Shown here piece after piece: positions 1-13,079 of a DNA stretch of 64,000 nt (its first letter is position 1; each line of letters begins with the position of its first letter). A model generated the notes under the pieces. The model did not search any database. It was not told the origin of the DNA and saw only the letters and a list, made by a program, of their open reading frames with translations. The DNA is from Bugula neritina. Its lineage: Eukaryota > Animalia > Bryozoa. Where the stretch lies: NCBI GenBank assembly GCA_964035545.1, contig OZ037765.1, positions 25,977,504 through 26,041,503 on the forward strand, in the 5' to 3' direction. Both the position numbers and the translations under genes were made by a program.

Positions 1-3000
1 ATGTCTGTAGGAAAGCTCCTAGACTGAAGAGCGAAGGAGACAACAGAAAAAGCAGACGAGCACAAGGCGTTCAAGATGTCAGTGGTTCACCTCGTGCCCA
101 GAGGAAAGGTTTACCAGCCAATCAGGTTGAGCCTGACAAAGAGCTGTCCAGCAGACGAGATAGATTGGGGTTTGAGAGTCCTCATGAATCCAGCCCCTCC
201 CCTGATAACACTCTTTCATATTTGGAGAAGAGGAGAGCAGAAAGAGCGTAAGTACTGAGAGTCATTCATGGACAGCCCATGCCTATTTTCTTTCCATATT
301 TGAAGAAAAACAGTAAAATAAATGAGTGATTTGATTAACTCAGAAATTTCAAATGTTATTGTTCCTCATTGAGCCACATCTTATGTTGATCTGAAGATTA
401 AGGATGCTCAATATAACAGTGTGCTGTTTAACTTCACTCATTTATACAGTGCAAGAAAAGAAAGGGAAGCAGAAGAAAGCTCTAAGTCAAGGTCAGGTAG
501 AGCTTATGGCTCTAGAAAACAAGCAACTAATATGGTCATTGAAAATGGTACAGCTTCTCCTGATCATTCCAAGCCCATGACTCTATGTAAGAACTCTGTG
601 TTTACTATGGTATTATAATGTGTTCACTTTGTCAAAACTGGGGTAAGAAAGGTGATGAACTGATTTGGCTATTGGTTTGTAAAGTTTGTTTCTCTATGCT
701 CTGCTATTATGATTTGCTGCAATATGATACCTGAAGATTGGTAAATGTTTACAGCATATGATCAGAAGCATGTCCAGGATGATGAGAATGCTGTATTAAT
801 AGGTTTGTTTTAAGACTAACTGCACGAGTTTGCTTTATATTGACAGCGTTTTCAATAACTCATAAGTTTGGGTGATTTGTTTTAAATGTCAAATTATTTT
901 CTGGTTTATGTGGTTGTCTTCTCTTACTCAACTGTTGTGTCCCAACAGCTTATATGTCTACTCACCAATTCCTTGAAGAGATGACAAATAATCTTTTCTT
1001 AGATAAACTGCTGCAGAATGTGAGTTTCATGTGCTTACTGCGCCTGCTTGCTTAATGTTCTTAAAGAAACATTACGTTCATATGAATTACCTTGCAGTAT
1101 AGGAAGCATACCCACAAAATAAGCATGTGGTTAATATTTGAATATCTTTTCATATTAACTTTATTCCAGCATATCGCGATAGTCGGCGTCATAGGCAGAA
1201 CTCTTTAATCCATGAACAAGAAAGGGTGGCTGGATCACCAGCACCTTCTCTACCCGCTTCCCCTGCTATAATTAACCCCCCTATTGCTAGTCGTTACGCA
1301 CCAGCTAAAGCTGATGCATTTTTACAACAGCCTTCACATAGTTCTTATGATCATAGACTTCATGCCGCTAGAAGTGATACTCATGTTGCATGCAATGGTG
1401 GTAGGTGCTTTTTTTGCTATTTCACTTTCTATGTGTAAGGTTTAACCCTTTTACACTGTTGACTATACTTTATGTTTTTAGAATATTAAGCTTCAATTTT
1501 ATATTTGGTTGAACTGCATGTTTGTTTGTGAATTTCTATAACTAGCGGGTTTTGGTAGTTGCTTTTTAAAACTACTTTTTTTATTAAATTGACAGATAGG
1601 GGCTTAACTTTTTACATTTTCTGACCTCAATTCCATCTACTTACCAAAGAAATATTGCTTACAAACGTTATAATAAGAAGCCCTAAAATATGTTTTAGAT
1701 GAAAGAAATTTGTTGAAAAAGTCAGATGGTGGTGAAGCAGGGTAAGTATTAAGTGGATAAAATAGACATCTGTTTATAAATTAAGTAATTGATGAATAAA
1801 ATTACATATCTAGCTCAATTATAGGTCTTATTGACTATATTTCTGTAGCAACAGAGACTCTGGTTATGGTTCATGGAGAAGTGACAGGAGTGATAAGCTA
1901 TCCGCCCCTGGTGTCATGTCTAATAATAGAAGGTGGATGCTGTATAGGATGACCAAACAGTCAGCAGATGAAATGCAGAATCTGCCTCAGGCTATCAGCA
2001 AAGAGCAGCCTCTTGTGACTCAGAATCTATCATCCCGAATAGACCAGCTGGGTTCCTCTACTCAGCCAGCTATGGAACCAGCTCCCACTGTCCCACCATC
2101 TAAACTCCCCGCCTCTGCTATACCCCCAGCAGCTACCGGCTCAGCTGATTTAGTTTCCTCTCCTGTTAAACAAGTGAATGATATTTCTGGAAACAGCGTA
2201 TCCACTCTAAAAGATAAAATAACCAATAGTCAGGCATTCAATAGTGCCCGGTCATCCACGAGTCAGCCTAGTCTTCCAAATGTGCAATCTCAAACCAGTG
2301 TGTCCGATATAGACAGTAGGTGGGAAGCTATTGAAAGAGCAGCCCAAAGACGAGCTCTTCGTATCAATGATTTGGATTTCACAGATCTTGGAGATATCGA
2401 TGACATTGATGTTTTGCGACCTCCTGCAGTTGAGTTCACCGGGGCTGTTCCATCTGCTCCAGGAGGCCCACCACCACCTCCCATGATGGGTGGTCCACCA
2501 CCACCTCCTATGATGGGTGGTCCACCACCACCTCCTATGATGGGTGGTCCACCACCACCCCCTATGATGGGTGGTCCACCACCACCTCCTTCCAACTTGG
2601 CTTCTGCTCCACCCAAGCAAGGACTTAAAAAAACTGACAATTCTAATAGCAGAAATAAGAAGACGTTACGCTTACATTGGCGTGAAGTGAAAGAAAATGT
2701 CATGGCACCAAATCCTACGCCAGATATAAAAAACAAGGGGACCATTTGGCAAAAGATGAAATTCACTGCAATTGACGCGGCTAAGTTTGAGCATCTGTTT
2801 GAAACTAAAGTGGTTGACCATAGAGCCAAGGTGAGTGACAGCTTTATATTTCCAATACAGGCTGCCAATATTGATTGTTATAATTTATGAATTAGCTAAA
2901 TGGATGACGGAAGTGTATCTGATTTATGTGCTTTTGCTTGACCGAATATGTTTAAATCTTACTCAACAGCGCTGACTTCCATTACAGCTAAGTAGCAACT

Positions 3001-6000
3001 TGCAGTGTCAACCTTTGGGACTCTCTAACTTTACTATGCTACAATGTATATTTGCTTAAAATTGTTTAAACCACATGCTTTTTGGGTGATGGTCTTGACA
3101 TATGCTAAATGTTGAAGTTGCTTGCCCAACAAAATTACTGTATATTTTATATTCATATTTTGTATGTTTTCTTTATTTGCATGGTTTCCGCATATTGTGT
3201 CCCCTTGCATGGATTCATATGAACCATATTATATAGGATGAGGTGAGTGCATTGTGTGCTCTAGATGTTATATGTTTTGTCTGTTTCCTGTGTCAATCAT
3301 ACTTTGTGGCTTGTTATTTAACCTGAATAATAGAGGTTGTTTCTACTAATATAAGAAGGGTGTACTAAAAGCATTCTAGCCGCTTATTCATTTATATTTT
3401 TTCAATTTCTTAGCATAAAACTACTTGTCAGCATATTGTCTTTGTTTTATAGATTTAAACCTTTAAATATTTTGTGGTAAAAAAACTTGTCACCTGTGCA
3501 AAAATATTTTAATTTTTTTGCGACATGTTATAGATGATTTACGATTGAGTGTGTACACGGCATGCTTTTCTATGTTCATTTAATATATTCACATATATAC
3601 ATATTTATATAAAATTTTCCAGAAGCAAACAGAAGGTGGAAAGAAAGCAATAACTGTGTTAGACTCAAAGCGATCTAATGCCATCAATATCGGTCTGACA
3701 AAACTTCCACCTGCAAGAACCATCAAAGCAGCTATTCTCAAAATGGACAGTACCATCATCAACAGGGAAGGCATAGAGGTAGGCTACTCTAATACTCTCT
3801 ATTCACTCTGTAGCATCTTACAGCATCACAAATATACTGTAAGTGAGTATTTTCTACAAGAGATTGTGTCTTGGTGCCCCCATGTATGTGAAATAACTTT
3901 TTTTCACTGATCTAATACTAATAAACAGTTCTAATACTAATATGGGCTTGTAAATACCTTCGTTAAATACTATGAACGAAATAAAAACTGAAATTAATTT
4001 CATCTTAGATTATTTGAATAAAATCTAAATTTGTGGTGGTAGAAATTGTTAACTACAATGATACCGACTGAGGAAGAAAAGCAGAAGATTATAGACGCCC
4101 AGGTGCAGAATCCTGATGTGGCGTTAGGCAATGCGGAGCAGTTACTCCTCACGATGTCATCCATCAGTGAGCTGGAGGCACGTCTACAGCTCTGGGCTTT
4201 CAAACTAGACTATGACATCAATGAGAAGGTGGGTATCTGTGGGTTAGTGTGAGTTATTCTGTTTATGATGTCATTGCTTAACGTTTAAAGTTGAAATGCC
4301 AGAGGTCTTTGTGTGTAATAGACTTTTAGCGGTAATATGACACTAAATAATAATAGTAATAATAAGGTGATGCATAAATTCGCAGTTGTTTTATAATTAG
4401 GAGAGTCAAGTGTTTGAACTTGTAAAAAACTATCAGTTATGCTAATTGATATCTGACCATAAACCATCCTCAAAGCACAAAAAAATTACCTTCAAAAGTA
4501 AACTGAATACATTCAAGTTTATATAATTGTTCCAGTGGGATGGTTAGAGAACTCTAAATGCTTTTATCACAATTGTTTGTATTATACTTACAATTTGTGT
4601 ATGTTCTAGGAAATTGCGGAGCCTCTTTCTGATTTAAAGGAAGGCATAGTTGCTCTACAGGAGTGCAAAACATTTAAATATGTTTTGTCAGTTCTTTTAT
4701 CAATTGGAAACTTTCTTAATGGTGCTAATGTAAGTTAACTTTCAGCTTCCTATTTTGTGTTTTTCTATTGAAATTGCTGTAATGTTGTTTACTGGGTAAA
4801 TTTATACATATGCATTTATGTGTGTGTTTTAATAACATGTTCATCATTTGGATTATAGGCGTCTGGCTTCCATATTGACTACTTGAAAAAAGTACCCGAG
4901 GTGAAGGACACGGTACACAAACACTCACTGCTACACCATTTGTGTGTAACTATCAATGAGCTCTACCCTGATAGCACCGATTTGTACTCGGAGATCAGCG
5001 CTATGTCGCGGTGCTCCAAGGTCTGTTATCTAAAGCGTAGCCACTCATTTGTTCCAATTATTTAAACGGCCAGAAATTCTTGCATTTCATTATTTGGTTG
5101 TTTTTAGGTCGATTGGGACGAGTTGAAGGACAAACTGGCCAAACTTGAGCTTGGCTGTAGAAATGCTATGGACAATCTTAGACTGGTTGCTAAGCATGAA
5201 ACTTACTCTTCGACTAATCTAAAAGTGAAACTTTCTGAATTTTTGTCTGATTGTGCGGAAAGAATTGTAATTCTGAAAATAGTGCATAAACGCATGGTTC
5301 AGAGGTAAGCATCTCTCCTTGCACACTGAACTAAAGTGACTCTGGCATCACAACAAAATTGTGAAAAAGCTATATTTCTCTTTCCACACTACATTTGCGA
5401 TTCGTAACATTTTTAATAGTGACATTAAAAACGTTTTATGTTTCAATTATAACATTGCCTGTGTTCTATTAGTTGTACTGACATATGAGTTATTATTAGA
5501 GTTATTGAATTGTGGAAGAGGATATGTTAGCAATTCTTTTCATAACTAAACTGAATGTGTCCAATTTGTTTCTGTATCACCAAAGTGTTGATGTCACTTG
5601 CTAGGTTTTACAAGTTGCTACTCTATCTTGGTCTGGGGGTCACTGACTGCAAAGAAATCAAGATTCATCAGTTTTGTAAAAATGTCAGTGAGTTTGCTCT
5701 CGAGTATCGTACAACCAGAGAGAAAGTGTTGCAGCAGCACGCTAAAAAGAAATCTTACAAAGAACGCAAGAAAACTCGTGGAAAACTGATAGTTGATGTG
5801 AGTTTTAACCCCTGTAAGCTTTATTTAGTGAATTTCACCAAATTTAGGCCTTTTACGTTTATAGTTGCTGCATTTTCACTGCAATGTTACTAGTAATATT
5901 TCTAGTGAATTAGTTTTTTAGGAAATGGCTAATGTCTATTTTTACTCTCTGTAGTAGTTTCACTCTTTTATGCAAAATTTTACTCATTTGTATTTCAAAT

Positions 6001-8463
6001 AATTATATTACATTATTATTAGACAAATAATTTTGGGAAGAGCCCTGCTGAGGTGAATGAAGAAGATGTAAAATTGACTAGTCTTTTAAACAATGGAAAA
6101 ACTACCAGTGATGTGCCCATTAGGAAAAAGAGAGGTATGCTTGTATTGATAATGATATGGTGTGTTGTAGTACATTGTATAGTAGATGTATAAGTATTAT
6201 TTATTTTTATGTGTGGGTTAAATTTCTGATAACACATACTGGTTAATGGAGTTCACCAACTTCAGCAGTTTATAATTTAGTAACTTAATTGAAATACACA
6301 AACAACTTTGATTAGGTTCACGCATTCCATACCCATAGGCTTGTAAGAATTAACATATTGCATACTATTCACAACAGTGTTGTCTTCCCACCTGACCACT
6401 GTAATATATTGAGTTATCTGTTGACAATGCAGACAGTCAGTCCACAGGATCCATGAAACGAGGAGCAGGACTGTCTGTACCTGGTGCTACAGAGGCAGAG
6501 GATACTGGAGACGAACTTCTTGAGTCAGCATTCAGATCAGCAGCAACTGCCGGACCTCGGCAGCGGGGAGAACGGAGGAGATCTCAATATCGCCACAGAA
6601 AGTCATGTACGTTGAATCTACATGTTGTTATTAATATGTTTTTATTATAACCACCAGTCAATGGTAGGTATACTTGAGACATGCTGACTGGATAATGTCA
6701 TAAAAATCTAGAGTACGCTGGAGATTCAGCTAAGCTTTTGCTTATTTACTGCAGTTATACAGATTTTTTATTTCAATGCATTTTTAATTATGATGGTAAA
6801 AATTCCAACATTCATTGTCTTCATATGCTACAGTTCGTGGACGTACAAGGTATGATCTGTTGCATGGAATATACGATGTTTCTTTAATATATACAATACA
6901 TATATTTTTGGCAAGTTCTTGGAAAGTGCTAGAAAAGCATGGGATTAATATATAAATTTGTAAATGTATCTGTGGTTTAGCTACTGCGCATATGTCTCAT
7001 TTACCAGTTTAGCAGAAAGCGATGAGTGTGGTTGACTACTGCATGACTTTTATTTCATTTTGTTATATTCTAATAGTTTTTTTTTGACATTTTTTTATAA
7101 TTAGTTTATGTAATGACAAAATAGGTTCTAGTACAATACATGAATGGAATTGCTCTACTGGACGAAACCTACATGTTTGAGCAAGGATTTAGGTAGTTTT
7201 TCATTGCTTGGTAACCCAACGTATCGCAGTGTTGTAAACACATGTTGTTAGTCAAAAAAAGTTGAATGTTTTGGTACTATTTATTTTGCTTTAAGCGTTC
7301 GTAATGTTATGTCATTGTTTTATTGTCTTAACTCTTTTTGGCTGCCATTTTAAGTGTAGGAAAAGATGGGGTACTACTTTTTGTCATACAAAATTCGAAA
7401 TGTTTTAATCTGTTATTTAAATTTACAATATATTCAACTTTTTTAATAATTAGTTATTATACTCATGTCATAGCAAGTAGTCTATAGTTTTGACAATTCA
7501 GTTTCAAGGGAAAAAAATCACCTGTCCTGTATATGCTGATGAAAATTTTTGTTATATATGCAATAATTATTGTCAACTGCCCTGAATGATAAATGTTGTT
7601 TAACACTGGAATTGATAGATGGATTATTTCACTTTGAAGTTTGCTATTGCTGTCAAAGTTGCTACTAGAATTGTTTTTCTTGCTTATGGATACCCTGTAG
7701 AAATTAAGTTTTACTCGCAGAGCATGGTAATTTCTATCAAGAATGCAGTATGTTGAGACAGTCTGGAGAATAGTAAACCACACTGTATGGGTTTAAGTGC
7801 TTTAGATTTTTAAAAATTATTTATAGCAGCCTAAGAAGCTTGCCTATTTGTTAATAGATGTTATATTAATTCTAATGTCTTTATATTAGGGAGGTTCAAT
7901 GCTCCTCAGGACTAGAATGACCATACATGGTAAACTGTTATGCTAGTTTTGTTTTGTTTTGAATGTTGAAAAGGTGATCTATTTCTTAAGCATGGTGCTG
8001 TGTGTAGTGCAGTGCCATTTATAGCAAATACCCCTTTGGTACCCTGTAGCATAGTCGTTGCCCCCTCCCCAATTTTCTACAAGAAATTCAACTGAATTTG
8101 ATTGCAGATTTTTATTTGTTCAAAACTAATTGTCACAATATAATTGTGTGATGTTTTGCTGAAATGAACTATTCTGATTATCAGTTGTGTGACTAATGTA
8201 TTATAATGTAGGGCCAGAGGTTAGCAATATTTTCTGTGATCCTTATTTTAGTAAGAAGGACATTGAAAGGGGGAATCGTTGATGAAGAAGGTAACCATGT
8301 GAATGAAGTCCTATTTGATTTTTCTGCAAATCCAAAGTCTCAATCTGATGTTACTAAAGACCCTGGCTATTTGCCTCCTAGACATTATGAGCCAAAGACA
8401 GTAGAATCTGTTAGTAAACCCCAGATGGCTGTTTCAAGCAGATATAAGCATATTATTACATGA
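1..8463 (+). CDS. FHOD: FH1/FH2 domain formin of the FHOD family, multi-exon, 5' end outside window
   Basis: Contains a poly-Pro FH1 (GGPPPPPMM repeats), FH2 motifs ([66 protein letters not shown]) and a C-terminal RKSLRRTLK. Approximate exons with GT-AG borders: 1849-2830, 3623-3778, 4043-4228, 4610-4729, 4859-5020, 5108-5304, 5606-5797, 6023-6133, 6433-6606, 8252-8463. Upstream exons near 11-251, 450-586, 1170-1400 and 1700-1741 are less certain. Confidence 0.93.
2462..2590 (+). repeat. 27-bp coding tandem repeat (FH1 poly-proline, GGPPPPPMM x~4.7)
   Basis: ggtggtccaccaccacctcctatgatg repeated in frame. Confidence 0.95.
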
Positions 8464-8861
8464 TGTTGGGCCAACAGATCAACATTTCTGCTTGTCTATT
8501 CATATATTTTCACACCGTAACAATCACTGTATCACAGCATGTGCAGCCTAGATTGTCCAAAATTAATGCTCAATTTATATTTTACCTGATATTTTGCAAT
8601 GAAATGTTGGCTTGGAATACTTTTATATATTTTATTTATTTTTCCTAGTTATGGTAGGTAAGATAGATGTGAAACATTAAAATAAGTTTATTTGTTGTTT
8701 TACCCAATATACATATATAATATAATGTATTCACCACATAATAGATTATATACAGAACAAAATTTTTAAATGCTTCGATATTGACAAAATAGCTCTAAAC
8801 TAACAGGATCTGAATAAAACACACTTTTACACAAAAATATATACATAGCGACAATGTTTTG

Positions 8862-11640
8862 CTAGCAGAATTTCCACCGGTGTCCACACTCATTGCAGAA
8901 ACAGAATGTCGTCATCGGTTCATCAGCTGAACGAGTCTGAACCTAAAATGAGTTCCACAGTTACTATATATTATATATTGGAAACTAAAATGCAATAAAT
9001 TTATAAATAGCTTTACAAATTTATTATTATAAATAAAGGGTACGTTTCTAATAAAAACTTAGTGTTGTGTATAATGGATATATACCTGATTATAAGTGCA
9101 ATTACGTTTGCCACATTTCCCGCATTTCAATAAATCAGTGGCAGTGCCACCAGACACAGCAAGCTGAGCATCATTGATGGCTTCTTTATTAAATCGTTGC
9201 CTTATCTTTTTCATTTCATCACTAGCCATTTCCTGCAAAAAAATTGTCGAAGAATACTATACTCTAATTTGCTAAAATTATTTTAAGCAATTGCATAAGT
9301 GGCATTTAGTTTGTAAAAATGCTTTGTTGCCATAAATTGAAATACCAGACTTTGTATTTGTGGTTGCCCGCTGTCATTGTCTTTTCTTAACCTAAGCAGT
9401 GCAATATTCTGCATGTCTAACATCATCAGGACACTTACCTCGGGTGTCATTTTAACCAGTCTTTCAGGGCTAATGCTACACAAGAGTACGTTTTCTCTGA
9501 GAGCTGGATTCTTCTTATCACGCAAATTAGCAACTCTGCTTCTAACTTTATTCTTATACTTATTGTCAGTGTTTTTGAATTCTTTGTAAATCTCTTCTTC
9601 AATAGAAGCTGCTAAGATTTCTGGGCTCCCACTTCCATCTGGCAGATCTAAAACACTTTTTTTATAAAGCAAAATCGAGAAGAAAGTGAGTTCTACCTAA
9701 AATTTATATTTGGACAGATTTTGCAAGACAAACACAACACAGCAGTGTCAACAGATTCCATATCCTAACCGAATGCTACTTGCAACTGAAAATTCGGAAT
9801 TCTTTGTACTCGAATCACAGCATCTCTAAAAGATAGATTCCCCTATGAGCTTAGTAAGTTAAACAGTCCTACCCCCATCACCACGCAGTGATGTTTCAAT
9901 CATCTCTCGACACTTGGTTCTAACAGGGTCTCCTGTCACCATGCTGGGAGTACGCTGCAATTGAGGAGCAGCTTTCACAGGCTGAGCTTCTGATGGTTCT
10001 GGTGGAACTTCTGGTGTCTTCTTGCTGTCTCCAGATGCTTTATTTGTATCTGAAAAAATCTTAGGTTTTAAAATATATTAATAGCAAAACACAGCACATC
10101 AATAAAGGAAGGCACACAATTTCAGACAAAAATGTAGGTTATTTAAAGGTCATCTGCCACTTAGTACAATAAACTGCTTGAGAATTGCTGTGTGCATTTG
10201 GCGTATAACAAATATGCTAGAGCAAAAAAATATTTGACATATCAAGGTAAAATCTTTCCACAAATGTCTAATATAGAGGTAAATGATGCCTCCTTGAACA
10301 TTTTTCTTATAGTGCACATTCCCACAAAACTACTAACACTATTGTGGCAAAAATCAGCAAGTCTCTGTCCACAATTGCAAACAAGTCCTAGGCTAGATAA
10401 AAACTTAAACTTAACTAAAGTATATACATACATCAGAAATAATGCAAGTCTAAGATATAAAATTAAACATTGAAGATAGCCTCACATGCTTGAGATTTCC
10501 TTCAGTGAAAGCTAAAGCTTCATACTCATAAAAATATTTTTCATTTTACCTGAGGGCAACAACTTTTTCCAGTTTTTAATCAATTGTTTCGACAATGCAA
10601 CAGATTCTGGTGTTGAATTTGAAGATTTCCTAAAGTTGTTAACAATCATCCCAATTTTAGTTTTAGTTAAAACCTCCAGCGTAATCTTTGATGCCTCTAA
10701 TGCTTTTAAGACATCCATTCCATTAACCTAAACAAAATAACATGCAGTAGTTTGAACAATTATAAGTAATATCTAGTACTTTGCTCTGTTCCAGTCAGAA
10801 TTCAACTCACAAAAGTTACTAATATTCCATTCTGTTTTGCAACAGGTTGGTTTAAACAGAATTATGCATATTGTTTCATACAAACCGACAGTAATAAACC
10901 ACGATTGAACTCATCTCTATTAACAATGTTATAAACTATCATTATTACTTTTTTAATTTCAAGGATATCGGAGGAATTCAAAACTAAGCTGCCACAATTT
11001 AAATTAAATGATCTCAAATAAGTTTTCATGACTCACAAGTCATTATTTTGCTTTTAAATTATATGGTTTGGCAGCACCTGAACATTTCCAGTTTTCTGTA
11101 CATTATGCTGCACTGAAATCATTTTTTTATAAAACTGCTTTTGTTTGATCATTTATTAGCTCAAACTACCAGGAACAATTATTGTTTAGTTTTTAGTTAC
11201 AGAAAGTAGCTTAGCCTAAATTACTTACATTAAATTTACACAAATTTATTTAAGTAAACAAAAGGCAAAATTATGCAATTGGATGGTCCACACAATCAAT
11301 ATAAAACAAAACCCAGTAACCTTTAAATGCTAATGTCTAACTATATCTTTTATGCAATTGTAAATAGTATTTTAGCATATAATTTATTTTTTGTTAACTC
11401 AGTAATAGCAGCCATAAATTTTAAATCTGTTTGGTATTTACTACAGATCAAAATGGCTAATATAGGTTCACAATGTAAAAACCATGTGATAAATTTATCA
11501 CAATTAAAAGTTTTGAGCTATACATTTTTAGCTTACTTGCTTTTATTAAAGAGAACATATAACTTGAAACTAACCGATGATGACTTGGAAGCTTTCTCTA
11601 ATTTTCTGCCAAGCTTTAGAACTTCATCCTCAGTAGCCAT
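8862..11640 (-). CDS. TCEA1: Transcription elongation factor TFIIS (TCEA1-like), about 6 coding exons
   Basis: Starts [16 protein letters not shown]. Contains [36 protein letters not shown] and the Zn-ribbon [25 protein letters not shown]. Approximate exons: 11575-11640, 10549-10727, 9873-10049, 9439-9648, 9087-9232, 8862-8942. Confidence 0.95.
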
Positions 11641-13079
11641 CTTAAACTACAAGTTCATTTACGGTTCTATCTCACCTAGAAACATATGCAATGATGGTAT
11701 GAATGACATCACCACTTCACTGTTTCCCCTAAAGTGTTAATTGTTTCTTTTGTAGTACAACATCGTAATAGACAAATAGTATGCATTAATGATGCTCATT
11801 GTAGTTCCTATTCATTATGCCACCAAATTTTGCAGCCATCACAAAATAAAAGTACTGAATGAAAATTTGTACACTAATGAGTTTACTCTGAGTAGTCTGT
11901 CAACTAGGCAAGCTGGTGGAAATAGCACAAGCTGATAGTAAAACTGATCAGCATTCTTCTTTGTTATGATATAAATTCTAGTGATTTACTACAATAACTG
12001 AAGTCTAGCAATATTTTATCAATTGGCCAAAGTTTTAGTTGAGCATGTTTACTATGGCCAGAGGTTGAACATTATGATCACATAAAGAGTAATAAGTAAT
12101 GTAGAAAAAGAGAAACTCAGAGAAGTAAAGTAAAAGCACAAATATAACAATTAAATGGATAAACCAGTAGCCTATAAGACTACAACCATTACTACTGATA
12201 GCAACATTTATTTTCACCAGGACTGTGCATTGTATTCATAATTAACACAATTAAAATATTAATTTTTTAATAGACTATCCAGAATTAAACATAATCTTTA
12301 AGCATAGCAAATAAGAAGTTGGATGAGAAAGTCCCAGGAGTAATTCAATGATGATAAATTTAGTCCAACTATCACATTCAAAATTCATACTTTCTGACTG
12401 ACTGACAGTGTTGTTTTAGCAAGTTCATACATTCTTGAAGCTCACTATAAAAATTCTGTCATCCCCTTGTTATAACTGATTGAATAGTGCTGATTGGTTC
12501 AAAACACCCAGCTTTGATTTTAATTTTAAAAGCCATTCCAATTATAAAGCGCTAGGCAAAGTTTTGTTCTATCTACATAGTCTGAAACAAGTCACTACAA
12601 ATCTAAAGTAGTAAAGTATTTCTGATTATTCTACACAGAAAAGCTAGACATTACATTTTCTCACAGTTGAATTTCAAAACCCTTTGAAGTAATTCATAAG
12701 CAAAGCCACCTCACCAGCTATCTTTTAGTTGCAATATCTTGTTTAACTAATGTTGTTCACAATTTTGATTTACAAATTACCTTATTTAGTTCACTGACCA
12801 TCACATTTTATTGCCCTTTTTATGAACACCATACTGATATAAAAAGATACAAATTTGCAAAACATTAATGTTACAGTGATTCAAGTAGTTTATTTAGAAA
12901 AAAATGATTTTTATTTATTCAAGTTTTAAAGACTAATACCTGTAGCTTTTCCACCAAAAATATTTAGTTAAATCCAAGTCCAGTTCAAGACTCTAACAAT
13001 CTGACTTAAGGTAAAGCTTTAAGTAAAATATAAAAAGTTTTATGTTTAACACTAATATTTAAGACTAACTCAAAGAATG

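Noticed and set aside
2252-2868. Antisense ORFs with Trp/Gly repeats
   Set aside because: Shadows of the FH1 proline repeat.
12347-12404. ATGATGA...CTGA box C/D-like pair
   Set aside because: Too short, with no terminal stem or recognisable guide; expected by chance in AT-rich DNA.
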